DNA from: Octopus vulgaris
Taxonomy: Eukaryota
NCBI GenBank assembly: GCA_951406725.2
Contig: OX597815.1
Location: 129,332,001-129,396,000 of the forward strand
Length of the DNA: 64,000 nucleotides
Direction of reading: 5' to 3'
The stretch's first letter is position 1; each line of letters begins with the position of its first letter. This document shows positions 12,330 through 25,218 of the stretch, one piece after another. The notes under the pieces were generated by a model that was given only the letters and a program-made list of their open reading frames with translations, was not told the origin of the DNA and did not search any database. Both the position numbers and the translations under genes were made by a program.

Positions 12330-13050
12330 TTATTGCTGCATATTACAATTCGATTTTGAATGTTCGTGCAGGGTGGGGAGAACACGATTTTCTGACCTCC
12401 ATAGAGACTGTATGGACTGATGGTGTGGGTTGGCCACATTGATAGAGTAGCAGACGACAGCCGAAAGGTCGGCGGCTTGTATTCTGCCATTGGCTCTGCT
12501 TTCTGTTCGTGACTAAAGCAATTGACATAGAGTCCAGTGTTTCTCAAACTGATAAATACTAGCTTACTACCACTATTCCAAATAGGTGGAAATTTTGCCA
12601 TTTCTCCACTGCTCAGCATCGAGAAGACAAAGTAGTTTGCATCAATATCTGTTCTTCAGGCATTGAGGTTGCGTGGATTTTAGTCGCCCTGTACAGTAAG
12701 CCATTTAAGTCCACCCTTCTTCCTTAAATATGACATACCTTCGACTACAGCAAACACACGTTTATAAAGCATCTGCCCTGAACACTCTGCACACCCAACG
12801 CTATACCACTGGACACTGAGGAAGTTTGAAACCATTTGAATTTTATTAGAGTAATTTGTTTTCTTTTTGAATCCCATCAGCATTCCACTTGTGTGAAATG
12901 CACTGGACTCGTTCGCCCGACTTCAAACAGAATATCGCATGATGGTCACAAATCACTACTCCGAGGTAGCACTGTACGGTAAATAAACTTGCGGTTCGCT
13001 GGTTTGACTTTAGCGCAATTAGTTTTTCCCGGGCACCATGAAAGTGAAAG
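12330..13050 (-). pseudogene. Highly decayed transposase-like relic, possibly piggyBac
   Basis: Minus-strand fragments YLRKKGGLKW and KWQNFHLFGIVVVS*Y loosely resemble piggyBac motifs (...LKW-D-R and KWWK-LFFHL-D---VNAY) in the expected order. No TIRs identified. Confidence 0.3.
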
Positions 13051-13484
13051 TATTTACTTGATCAAAAGTAGATATTTTCCAGCGCAAAAAGTAGGAGTGT
13101 GTTCTTACAAAATGAAACTATTAAGGAATGAAAGTAAAATAGTGAATTGTTGAATGCTGGCTAAATACCACTAAGCATCCAGCGTGATTGTCATTCTCTG
13201 TTGATGTTGAATCCATCGTATGTATTAAATTCCTAATTAGTGTATGCAAAGAATCGCTATTAATTACTCGGATCTTTTCATTTAACTAGGAAAATCTGGC
13301 CTTCAAAATGAAAAGATCCAATTACTCTATATCAAATGATAATGGATTAGAGAGCGACGAACAGCAAATACAAGAGGCACTTTCCTGAAAAACTATGGCT
13401 TTCTCCATCACAGTTATTGTGGTGATAGCGAAGCCATTTTAAGGCCGCAAGTAAGTCAATGCTCTGAGCTCTATATTAGTTATT

Positions 13485-13660
13485 TACTGGTCTCAAATTT
13501 TGGCACAAGGCCAGCAAGTTCGGGGAAGGGGATAAGTCAATTACATTGATCCCCAGGGCTCGACTCCCGAAAACATGAAAGGTAAAGTCGACCTCAGCAG
13601 AATTTGAACTAAGAACGTAAAGACGGATGAAATGCTGCTAAGCATTTTGTCCGGTGTGAT
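13485..13660 (-). mobile_element. SINE family A copy
   Basis: ggcacaaggccagc...aaaggtaaagtcgacctc...aatttgaact...gctaagcattt. Confidence 0.75.
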
Positions 13661-14844
13661 AGTCATTTATTAACAGCTAGCTTCAGTCTGATTAAATCAA
13701 ATAGGACACCTGTACCTGTGCGCCCCTACCATCCCGTGACAACAGCCCAGTGTATCCATGTCTTAAGACGGTATTGATAGTTGTACTGAAGGTGTCGTAA
13801 GAAAGTCGTTGCGAATACATTTTCTTCGAGGAAATTTGTCTCTTATGCAAGTCATTGAGCTATTGTATTGTTTGGAAGAGTGACATAGCTAGCATCAAAA
13901 TAAGTCTCTAAAACAAATATTTTTTACTTTCCCCTTCAATAACTGACTTTTTTTTTGACAAAGGTAAAAGAAAAAAAAAAGCACGTTTTGATGTAGAAAA
14001 TCTCTACTTTCGACAAGGTAAATGGTTTAAAATTCATGGAGCTCTAGAAACTAAGAATCGATGATTTTTTTTTTTTTTCGTTTTCCTTTTGTTGGTCTGT
14101 GTTCCACAACCAATTTGAGTCGAAGGACTCTTCAGTATTATTAATGTTGATACAAGGACATATATTTGCAGTGCCTGAACATAGCTGTTCGAATCGAATA
14201 ATACATGACTAAGGCGATCTTTGAGCTTAGCTCATGGAGAGGAGTGGTGGTATCTAGTTTCATTTTATCAACCTTTCGGACCTTAGCGTACCCCTAATTC
14301 CTAATACCTATTTCCATCGCTATTAAGGTATCACTTAGTTTTATCAATCAGGAATGACAAAAACGAAAGTCCGTCCTAAACGCAACGGTCATCAATGACC
14401 GATTCTTTTTATTTCATCAACTCCAGAAGAATGAAAGGTAAAACTAACATCGGCGAAATTTGAACCAGGAATTTCATTTAAAAATTACTATTTCTTAGAT
14501 GCCTCAAGCTCAAGATCACCACTTTTGGAGGATTGTATAGTCGGTTATAACGGCTCTAGTTTATTTTATTTTATAGATAAAAGACTGAAATTGACTTCTA
14601 ACGGGATTTGAAGTAAATACTGTAAGTCAGTTTTATTAGTTCTCTGCGGATTCTGCCATCTATTGCTATCATCGCTAGTGATCAACTTTTGGCTGATGTT
14701 AAAATGGTTTCTGAGTGTTCCAAATATTTTTCCTAATTTTCAAATTGACTGAACTGATTCCATTTCTCGTTCGAATGTTTGCTACTACCACAGAGATCTG
14801 CACCCGTGATCGGCTTCACTCATGTTCTATGAAAGAAAGTTACT

Positions 14845-15000
14845 GTTTTAAAAATGATCTAAATTAAAGCCTTCCATCAAAATTTCATTTTAAATTATTC
14901 CAAGCATCAACTTAACCGTGACAGCCATTTTAATAAATTGTTTATTCTGAAAATTAATTGAATGAAAAGCGTCTTTCAAGAGAAATATAGTAAACAAGAC
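14845..15000. repeat. Dispersed AT-rich repeat (unclassified, probably non-autonomous DNA element)
   Basis: ttccatcaaaatttcat...aaaattaattga shared with ~17325-17400, ~38480-38630 and ~55495-55660. Confidence 0.55.
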
Positions 15001-15224
15001 GAAATATCTCAACAGATCGATTCTCATCATCAACGCTGCGGCGTATTCTTTAAGGAAATATCTTAGTAATTCTCAATTGTCTCAACCTCCTGAGTGATAA
15101 ACAAGTACCATAGAGACAAACAGTTCAGTACTGCAAACAGCGGATATGATATCAGAGAGTGAGGGGAGGAGAGAGGAGAGGAAAAGAGAGTATTCACTAT
15201 AGCAAATAGCAAACAGTATTTTTT

Positions 15225-15365
15225 TCTTTTGTTTGTCATTTGAATGCGGCCATGCTGGAGCACCGCTTTTTAGTCGAACAAATCGACCCTAGGACTTATT
15301 CTTTGTAAGCCTAGTACTTATTCTATCCGTCTCTTTTGCCGAACCGTTACGTTATGGGGACGTAG
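15225..15365 (-). mobile_element. SINE family B 3' part with CpGs retained
   Basis: gtcatttgaatgcggccatgctggagcaccgc...gtcgaacaaatcgacc...ttgccgaaccg. Confidence 0.8.
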
Positions 15366-15445
15366 AAACGACAACATGTGGTTAAAAGTACTCCGTCGGT
15401 TACGACGACGAGGGTTGCAGCAGATACGATCAACGAAACGGCTTG

Positions 15446-15850
15446 CGGGGAATACGAATCTGTAAAAAAAAATTGGCAAAAATAGACATTTCTAAATTTC
15501 CACCCCCACCCCCTTTTCCTTCATTTTAAACTTTTTTTACAATTTTTTTCCAAAATATGCGGAAAAATATGGAGATCATGATTCTGAAAAAAATTTCCAA
15601 AAATCCTTGTAAAATTCTTTTCGAGTTTTTTTTTTCCTCCTAAATATGCGGAAAAATACGGACATCATGATTCGGACAAAAATTTCAAAACATTTCTGTA
15701 CTTTTAGGGAAAAAAGTCAAAATTGAAGAAGTTGGGGGAAGGGGGAAAATTTCACAATGCCGTTTATCCGGAACTTCCGTATCCGAAAACGGAGATTTTG
15801 GCAAAAAATTACAAAAATAAACAAATTTGGGAGAAAATGGGGGGCGGGGT
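15446..15850. repeat. Unclassified repeat with an internal direct duplication
   Basis: aaatatgcggaaaaata(t/c)gga-atcatgattc occurs twice (~15553, ~15642). Related atgattctgaaaaa sequence at ~11950-12010. Confidence 0.45.
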
Positions 15851-16024
15851 TGAGTCTTTCCAAATTCTCTTGAGTGGTTTTGTTTCCAGGTTCATAGGAA
15901 GGTCTTGAACAGAAAACAACAAAACAGTGTTTCTGTTGCGTGCCTCCATTAGACAGTTTATTAAAGATTAAAATCAGAATGAGGTGTTGTATGCTTAGGC
16001 GTTCATTAAAGTATTTATTTATGC

Positions 16025-16240
16025 GCCCTTTTCCTGTGGGGTATGTGTTCCCCCAACTGGACGGGACGCCAGTCCATCGCAGCGTTCCTCAAGAAACCGG
16101 AAGAAAGAGAGAAAGTTGGGGCGAAAGTGTACAACAAGTATTTTCGCTCAATAAACACATACAACGCTCGGTCTGGGAATCGAAACCGCGATGCTCCGAC
16201 CGCGAGTCCGCTGCCCTAACTACTGGGCCATTGCGCCTCC
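16025..16240 (-). mobile_element. tRNA-derived SINE family C
   Basis: Reverse complement starts ggaggcgcaatggcccagtagttagggc (A box) ...ggtttcgattcc (B box), then gtgtttattgagcgaaaa and gcgatggactggcgtcccgtccag. Confidence 0.8.
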
Positions 16241-19200
16241 ACATATCCAAGTAGGTATGTTTTATTTGGGCCTCGTATCTCTTTGTCTAGGGTTTATGTA
16301 TTAGTGGGCAGTAATTAACTGCAAACATTTATGGAGCAGGTCCACGTCGGTAGAGAGGCAATTGTTAATTGGTATAAATATTCAAGAGATATACGTGTGC
16401 TATGTGGTTTATCGACAAGCCTGTGTAGATTTGCACAATTTACAGTTTACACAATTTGTTAAATGTCTTCCACAGTATTATCCTGTCCAATTCTTATAGT
16501 TTAGTTTATTATTGAGCAAATCATAAAATAAATCAAAAACATTTTGCAAAAAAAATAAAAATCAGATTTTACAATTATCCTTTTGTTACATCAGGTTCAT
16601 ATCACTTATTTCCTTTCAAAGAGAACTATTCTTCCATATTCCTGCTGAGTTTCCGGTAAATAATGATCTCTACGATTGCAGTAGTTTCACTTTCTCGTTC
16701 TTAAAACGAACCTTGTCGTTTTGACTCATTTCTCAACTTTTAAATTGTTTAGATTAAAGTAATAATAAAGTAAATATATCTGAAATACTTTAATCATGCA
16801 TAGGTTTGGTCAATAACCAGCTGTTACTGGGTAGGTTCGATAATGATATACCAATTGTATATTAATGTTTGCAGAATTTGGGCACAAATCCAACGAAAAG
16901 TTATGAATGTTGTTGGAAGAAATAGAAAAAAAAAACCCCAGCGAACCTGTTACGGCAAACGTAGAATTTGAAGATGACTCTCCCGTTACCCCACCTCTGT
17001 ATGAAACATATATAGGATTGTCAAGGGAATTCTACATACCCAACTTCTTCCCAGCATCTGGGTGAACTCTATGTGGAGTTGTCATGCCCCAAACAAAACT
17101 AATATATTTAAGCTAACAGCAGCGTACTAACTGCTGAATCGGCAGGGTACGGTAGTCAGCCGTTCATATCCTATATCCAGTTGTGGTGAGATTGTAAATT
17201 TGTATTACAAAACGGGAACCCCTCTGTTGCTACATTTATATTGAAGTACATAGTCTTTGTATCGCCTGGCATGATGAAGAATTTGATAAAATGATTTTGT
17301 CTCTATTTAGTTGATATTTGGACCATATTAAACATGAAATTTTGGAAGATTTTAATTTAGATCGCTTTAAAGTTTATATTATAGAACCAGGAGTGGTCGC
17401 AGGCGGATTGGTATCCAAACAAACCACTTTCCGTTTATACTATTTTGCGGTTAAACTAACTTTTTAATGTATATGAATAAAAAGGAATCATTGTTTTCTT
17501 AAGAACCCGAGTTGAATCGCAACATGGTTTCGATTCCCGCTTGTCATGTTAGGAAGAGACCTGAATGACACAACTTGATTAGAGACGAATATAGAGATGA
17601 GCGCTTGACCTCCATAGAATGTAGCCATTATACTTATCTACCCTTTAGTTTTTGAAGGCTCAAAATTATCAAAACTTTACTTCAGATTATATTTTTCGTA
17701 TTTGTTACGTACTATTTGTGTTAGTGACTATCATCCTTGTAAATCGAACTACTTTGACCCATAGTGTTTCATTAAGAACCAAATATGTCTTCTGTAAGAC
17801 TTTGTTAATTTCGTTTTCGTTATTAATGAAATGTGACGTATTTATTCAAAAATAGATTTTAATGATATATTTCTTGTCTACGGTTTAAAAAAAGTAAAAT
17901 ATGGCGACGTATTTACGGAAAACTATTCATAGTTTTCACGTGTACTCCTATTTACAACTGTACTTTATATTCACCTTTGTTGCTTTAATGCTGAGCCTCA
18001 GGCCAGCACCAATGGAGCCGATCTAGGATTAAAAAAGCATTCTAACCGTGACCGTCCTGTCACTTTACGAACACAGTGATGAGGAGAGTTGGGTTATTAG
18101 ACTAAAAGACAACAACGTGTACAACTTATTAAAATTCTAATTCCATTAATGCAGCCTACTACCACTGAATCCTATTTATATTTCTCTTGGTCAAGTTTAA
18201 TCACAAGATAGTTATGTTAAGCGAAACTACTGACTGGTGAACCTTACTTTGAAATTAGTGGCTTTTCTCCTCTCGTTCTCCCTCTTGCCGTCCGTTTGTT
18301 CGCTAAAACAACATGATGCTGTCATAATACTTTTCTGAACATAACTACCATGTTAGTCACGTTAATTTATTTTAGTATCTATAAAAGACAAAAAAAATTG
18401 CTGCAAGCAAGAAACCCTCTAAATGTTAGCGATAATTTGACAAGTGTACATGTGCGAGTATACACAATATATGACGTTAGAAGACTTTTATTTCGTTTTT
18501 TTTTTTAATTTCTCTCTCTCCAACTATTTATATCTGTATGTCTGTTTTTCTTTTTTCCATTCATCTCAATTCTACATTTTATTGTCTGCTTTTTTTTCAA
18601 ACCACACTTTCTCACTCGTCTATTTTTATACACCGTTTTGATGTTAACTCTCACTATTTGTCTAACCGTCTTAAGGCATGGGCACACGGTGTTGTTGCCC
18701 AAGGGCGAGCACGAATCAAGTGACCCAATGCTAATCTGTGACTTCTCGATAAATACTCTAGGGCCTAGAACATTGCTTTGCCTCAGGGCCTTCCTTGATT
18801 TTCATTCTTTTGTGCTCCTTATCACCAAATGGTATTTTCCAAATGTTCCCCAATCGTTTTGAAAGAAATAGAAGATAATTTTGATCAGTGGCTTAGCTAT
18901 AGTTTCTGCGTGGTTCTAAGACAACTGTCCTTTAGATGAGAAAGAAGACGGGTAATTCTTACCCTTAATTTTTTTTTTGCAGTTTTCTTGTGTTTAATAC
19001 ATTGTTCTTTTGAATATTGTCTAAAATTTTATAGACTTCATTAAAAAAAAAATCAAATCACTAGATGCCGATTGGAAACTTCTGCATATCGTTTTTGACC
19101 TAACTTTCTCTGGGTGCAAGGATGAGGATTTTTCACATCCTTTACTGATGAAATTTTGTCTGCTTTTAAAATCGAAAATAATTGTCGATGAAAAAGAACC

Positions 19201-19958
19201 CAGTGAAAAGAAGCTTAAAGTTTTAAAACCAGCACAGTAATATAGATTTGCTTAATTAATGAATGTATAAAATGTAAGATCTGTTTGTTTTCTCCACACT
19301 GATGCCCTCTCCACATGTTCTTTTTCAACTCGCTTGTGGTTTCTAAAAGGTTTTTCACCCTTAGTTTATACAAACTAAAGCTGGCCGCTTACAATGTCTT
19401 TTCCTTTTTCTTCTTTATTTCCTCTATCACATAAGCTATATACGGTATATCTACTTTTAAAAGGACCCTCCAAGAAGAATTAAAACCTTAGAAAGAGCGT
19501 GATACAAAATTACTCAAAGCCACCAGCCTTTAATGATGACTGCCACTAAAGATTTCTTACACAGGCGCAAGCATTCATTCGATATTAGTGTAAGTGTCAA
19601 ATGAAAACCCTAATATCGAAAGAATGCCTAGGCGGAATATAACTAAATTTGTAAGGGAGAAAGGTATAGTCGATTAGTCAATTCAGTACGTGTCTGGTGT
19701 ATTGATTTTAATGTCCTTAGGATGACAGATTCTGCTTTAGTTTGATTTGAACTGAGAATACTAAATATAGTATAACGGAACCCATGTAACCACATTCTGT
19801 ATTAATTTCTTATATCAAATGGCAACAAATTTGAAGATTCATAACTGATGGAATTAGTTCTAAAATCGTGCCTAGTTAGTGCCGATCGGAGAGGATACCA
19901 TCATAGTATTAACCTCGGATGGCGGTGCTGAATTCATCCTATTGTTACCATATTTCTG

Positions 19959-20699
19959 GGATCTTTTCCTTTTGAACGGCAGTTTGTAACAAAATTTCTA
20001 GGTAACTAAAAAGTTTTAAACTTCGTATACTGGTAGAATGTGTTTATAAAACATCATTTTCTCTTGGCTTTATTGAGAAAATTCTATAGGTTGTAACATA
20101 TTTCGTCTAAAATTTCTTGCATTTCGGCAATTTTAACCAATCACTGGAGTCCATTTAGGTAAATAACATTCTGTGCATAATGAATATGTCCCTCCTTTAA
20201 GAAACAGATTGGGTTTATTTACATTTGTGAAGAAAAAGAAAAAAGATACCCTTCCCCCACCCCTAACTCTAACCCTAAATCTAAAATAGATTGAAACGCA
20301 ATAGATCGATACTAGGGTTATAATTATGGGTGACAATTTCATACGACACCGCTATAAAAAAACTTAGCAGTGTCGTATGAAATTGTCACCCATAATTATA
20401 ACCCTAGTATCGATCTATTGCATTTCAATCTATTTTAGATTTAGGGGTGGGGGAAGGGTATCTTTTTTCTTCACAAATGTAAATAAACCCAATCTGTATC
20501 TTAAAGGAGGGACATATTCATTATGCACAGAATGTAATTTACCTATATGAACTCCAGTGATTGGTTAAAATTGCCGAAATGCAAGAAATTTTAGACGAAA
20601 TATGTTACAACCTATAGAATTTTCTCAATAAAGCCAAGAGAAAATGATGTTTTATAAACACATTCTACCAGTATACGAAGTTTAAAATTTTTTAGTTAC
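19959..20699. repeat. Long palindrome formed by two opposed copies of one repeat element
   Basis: Arms 20002-20354 and 20365-20699 are reverse complements around a 10-nt spacer. Contains CCCTAA-like units. Confidence 0.95.
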
Positions 20700-21494
20700 G
20701 AACAGTTTTTCTTGTACCGAATGCCACTTAGAAAGCATTGGTCTGCCCAGAGTTGCCCCAGTGTAAAAAACACCAGTCCTATGTTCCCTGGCTTTAAAGA
20801 TGTTGATTCTAAGTCAAAAACCTTTTGGATACATCACATCACTTACGGCACCAAGCATTTCTTTCCTCCTCCTACTGCTCTTCATTTCTCTGATTTTTCC
20901 AATGCAGAGCAAACTCTGCCTTTGTGCATCTTTATGAACACCTGGGTTACTGTACATCATTCTGTGCACATATATAAGTCTTTCGTGGAGTTTAACATTT
21001 TGTTCCTAAGTATATATGTGTTTTATATTGTATTATATTACCTGGTTGGGTAGACGAAACGGCTATCCACGTCTGTGTTACCTAGTACACATCTCAGCAA
21101 CTCGTGGGTGGTAGTGGTGAAAGAGAAATGTAAATAAACCCTGCCACATACAAAACTAAATATTGTTAATATTTTGTCTAGTGTTCTGATTCTGCTTTTT
21201 CTGCCATACACCGTAAAGAATGATGATTTTTTATTTTACCATGAAGAGAATGAAATCTGCCGAGCAGGTGAAGGTATGCTAAAACAATGTGACAATGTGA
21301 TTCCAGGATGAGAGCCAAATAATTGTTGTTTATTCTTTTGAAAAAGTACCAAGCATATATTAGGGGAAGGCCGTTCGATTTCTTCCTGTATATTTTGTTC
21401 TTATTCACCATTCTGTGATGCACTTGAGCACATCATCAGTGATAATTCCTGGAGTTCGATGACTCCAGGTTTCGAGTTTTTCAACAATGACGCT

Positions 21495-21860
21495 TGGCGC
21501 TGGATTAACCATTAAGGAAAATAAGCACATGTTTAGGGCATCAAAGGAAAGAGGGATACTACAAATATGGTAAATGGTTTACGACACTAAAAGAAATCAC
21601 TTCAAATTTGCTAAAATAAAATAATATTCTAAGTATAGAATGTTCTAAGTATGGAAGCAAATGTTACATAAGATTAAATTTGAGGATCTGATCAAAGACT
21701 TTTTACTATTAAAGAGTAGAAAACTTTTCAAATATAGATAAAGTGGAAGTATACAAAAATATTTTTATTGTTAGTTTTATTTTATCGATTATTGTTTATA
21801 TTTTGAATTGCATTAGAGCACCAAAATCTTTTAAGTGCTTAGGGCTTCAGTATGGCCCTG
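21495..21860 (+). mobile_element. Non-autonomous hAT-derived element, copy 3
   Basis: Reverse complement of 245-649 and 4911-5738. Ends tggcgctggattaa...ggccctg. TSD atgacgct / atgacatt (6/8). Confidence 0.75.
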
Positions 21861-21919
21861 ATGACATTCGTACCCAGACGACCCAGCCAAAGTTGATCAA
21901 ACTTGGCAAGGTGTGGTTC

Positions 21920-22205
21920 CATAATGTAGGATGCAGAGATTTTGCAAGCCAGTTCCTTTGCAGAATACGTAACATGTTGGGCATCACAAAGACCAGTAGG
22001 TGAAATGCCATCAAGTTGGTTGTGGAGTCAGCGGAAGTTGTCTCAAGGTGACTGTTGTGAGTTCTAGAAAGGGTTCTGTTAACTGGGCTCAGCTTGACGC
22101 TTGATCATCTTTGATTTGGTCACTTGGGTGAGGGTGTCTAATAATGGAAGACTCTAACACCCAATGACTCCAGAAAACTTCACTGACGATGTGTCCAGAA
22201 ACATC
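21920..22205 (+). mobile_element. RLE-type LINE 3' fragment (Hero/NeSL-like)
   Basis: Peptide VGCRDFASQFLCRIRNMLGITKTSR*NAIKLVVESAE resembles the EVGCRGF...LGI...AI...AE terminus of Hero-like elements. A 3' UTR-like segment follows. Confidence 0.55.
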
Positions 22206-22479
22206 AATGGATGAGGTATGGTGGTAGTGGTGGAGAAATGTATAAATGAAGAAAGTCAGTTGATCGACCTAATACATGGTTGGTACGTTTACGTGTGTGT
22301 GTGTGTGCCACTTCGAAAGGGTGACTGGTAATGATCTGGCTCTGGAATCATTTGAAGATTTGGAAAAGACAGACTAAAATCTAAAATGCCTAAAGGTGAT
22401 GCCGAAATTTCAGTAACAGTTACATAAATGTTGAAGAGGTAAACAAATAATGCATTGCTCTTTATAACGTACATCTACG

Positions 22480-22740
22480 ACGTCTCACTCTCTATATTCT
22501 GTCCCTACTATAACAGCATCTGCTTCTATAAACTTCTTAGTTGTCTACCTCTTCTATCAAGGCTCACTTGGCATATTCGCCTTTTCTCATGTCACATCTC
22601 CTACGTAGCCCTGTCTTTATTAACCTCCTACTTGGTCCAATATTTCCACTGTAGACCGTTAACCTATTGAAATTCCCTTCTCATCCGTTTTACCTACAGA
22701 CATTGTTTGATTTATATACGTTCAAGGTGAACATACCAAC
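22480..22740 (+). mobile_element. Degraded CR1/Jockey-group LINE 3' fragment
   Basis: Peptide VSLSIFCPYYNSICFYKLLSCLP resembles the SL-LFY-YY-G-C--EL post-RT motif. Confidence 0.4.
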
Positions 22741-23639
22741 TTTATAGAACTCAACGATCTCAGAGGGCTTACAAAGGTCATGGGCACAGCTCCACCTTCA
22801 GACGAAATTGAAAAAAAAATACTTAAGTCTGTTAGTAATAAATGCATAAAGAGTGCATTGGAATGTCTGGCAGACTTACAGGAAACCAGAATCTAAGATA
22901 CACTACATGCACTTGAGTAACAAGAGCACCAGACAGAATTCAGTGGTGTCGGCCGTGAACTGTCGACCATACACTGTTCAGATGGCTCACGGAAGTAGGA
23001 TATCTTCTTACCTGTCTGACATGATGTGTTGGATGCCAAGTGATAAAACATAGTGACTAGGGTTAAGAAAGAAAAAAAGGAAGTTTTAACGAATCTCCCT
23101 CTCACCACACGTTCTTATATACCTCATTCTTTCTCTCCATCTTTCCTCCTTTTCTTTCTCTCTATCCTCTTCACTCTTTTTCTTTATATGCATTCTTCCT
23201 TACGGCAAGTTGATTCAGAAATCTCTAGCATCTAGAATATAAAAAATTTAACTATTTTGTTACAATTTTGTTTTATATATTTTAGAAAAATGTTAACAGT
23301 ATGTCCGTCGTTTCCTGTCTCAGTTGTAAGATGTTGTCCGTCACTTTTTAGTCCTTGCTTGTCCATCACCTCAATGATATTGCTTCCTATCACTTACAAA
23401 ACCAGAGTATCATGGATTTAAAGTCCTTGCGTTTTAAACGCACCGATATCTCGCTGAGTTTGGTCTCCGTGGCTGATGAGAGGATTTCTGTTTATTTGTC
23501 CTTTTCCGTATCTATGCACACACACATACACACACGTGTGTGTGTGTCCGTGTGTACATGCGCACGTAAATTCATTTACGGCTGTTACTTGGAATCGAAA
23601 ATGACTTAGTAACATGTAGTAGGCTTTCGCTGATTGCTT

Positions 23640-23845
23640 TAGGTCTGTATGTAGTCACGTTCAGACAAAGACATTGTCTCGGCCCCCCTAATCATGGGCC
23701 AGCAGAACATCCAGGATGTAACAGCTTGCAGGACAGAGAATCCCAACAGAATGGTTGATGCTCGGTTTCAAGTGACTCGACTGGAGCAACGTGAAACAGT
23801 GCTTCGCTCGAGGACGTAACGCGTCACTTGGTCCAAGGGATTGCG
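23640..23845 (-). mobile_element. Old SINE (family D) fragment
   Basis: Shares gctgttacatcct(g/t)gatgttc and a CORE-like gtcct-gagc-gcact segment with 37615-37880. Confidence 0.45.
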
Positions 23846-23939
23846 CTCTATATTTTGTATGTGTGTAACTGATTATTGCATTTAACTCTGATAGGCTATA
23901 TGCAATAACTAGTAATATATTGTTCTCCAATAATAATTT

Positions 23940-24120
23940 TTTTTTCTAATTTTGTCATGAGTAATTTTGAGAGGAGCGGCAACTCGATTACATTGACTTC
24001 GGTACTTGACTGGTACTTTATTTTATAAACCCTGAAAGGATTAAAAGCAAAGTTGCCAATTGTGATATATGAACTCGGAACGTAAAGTCGGAAGAAATGC
24101 AGCTAAGCATTTTGTCCGCG
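23940..24120 (-). mobile_element. SINE family A copy
   Basis: ctggtactttatttt...cctgaaaggattaaaagcaaagt...gaactcggaacgtaaag...gctaagcattt. Confidence 0.7.
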
Positions 24121-24779
24121 TTTATATTAATAATGATGTTGATAATAATAATAATAATAATTATTATTATTATTATCATTATTATTATTTCTTTATAACC
24201 ATGAGAATTGACAAAAAGATCAAGGACGATACATTGTGAAATTACATAAAAGCGTGTAAACATGGAAAATAAGACCAAAAACGAAATTCAAAAACAAAAT
24301 CCCCTCAACAGAAGACCTCCGAGGGCTACACGTGGTAGTGTCACAAAAACACTGTGAACTCTCTCAGCTGTCCTCTCCTCTATCTTTCAATAAATTAAGA
24401 GGCAACACTTCCTTCTCCACTCTCATTTTTCTTTACAAGTGAAATTTGAAAAAGTTGAAGGCTTGACTAAATAGAAAGGTGTCTATCTTTAGTCCTTTCC
24501 GTTTCGTCCACTATACAACCTCTAATTTCTTTTTTATAATACCAAATATATAAAACTGCCAATGTATATACACAAACACTCATTAGAAATGTTTTTTAAA
24601 CCAATATATAAATCGCTTTTGTCTGTAGCAATAATCATTCTCGTACTTTATTTTCTGCCTGACTTTCACTTTACTTCGTCTCGCTATGTTTCTTTTGATG
24701 TTAATCTAGCAATCTCTTGACATACCGATATCTTTTTTCTTTTTGTTTTTTGTTTTCTTTCTACGTGTTTATTTATATT

Positions 24780-25218
24780 TTTTGGCGCAGCCCGCCAACC
24801 GTCTTGTTTGCTCTGCTTTGTTTCTCTCTCTCTCTCTCTCTCTCTCCTGTCATATTCTCTGCATCTTTCTCTCTCCTCTCTTTTTCTCTGCCTCTCTCTC
24901 TACCTCTGAAATCAAATCCCTCTTTCAACAGCTGAAGGTCTCTGGCGAGGAGACAGGAATTAATATGATACCACTTGAAAGTTTCATCTACCAACTCGGT
25001 TGCAATTTAGAACTGGTTTGCTTGGAGAGAGACTTGGAAAATGAAAATAAAGATAATATTGTATTTACTAAGTTTGTGTGTATATGTTTGTGTTAGGAGT
25101 GAGGTACAGCAACAAGGGATTTCTTTATATGTTGAAGGAAGGATTGGCTGATCCCACACAGTGGAAGTCGTTTCGCTGACGTCACGTTTTGGCAACCATC
25201 TTTAGCAAAATGGTAAAT
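24780..25218 (+). promoter_or_regulatory. Candidate regulatory element / alternative first exon
   Basis: Long CT tract, ATTGG (CCAAT) at 25143-25147, perfect CRE palindrome TGACGTCA at 25177-25184, and CAAAATG|GTAAAT at 25206-25218. Confidence 0.3.

Noticed and set aside
16160-16240. tRNA gene (also SINE B heads, e.g. 59003)
   Set aside because: A/B boxes are present but run into SINE bodies; no convincing acceptor stem or terminator.
20248-20285. Interstitial telomere
   Set aside because: Only a few degenerate CCCTAA units, internal to a repeat element.
22850-23010. Integrase-like or CR1-like fragment on minus strand (YGRQFTA)
   Set aside because: Too short and ambiguous between families.
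24717-25096. Hydrophobic membrane-protein-like ORFs
   Set aside because: Derived from T-rich and (CT)n tracts; typical spurious translations.
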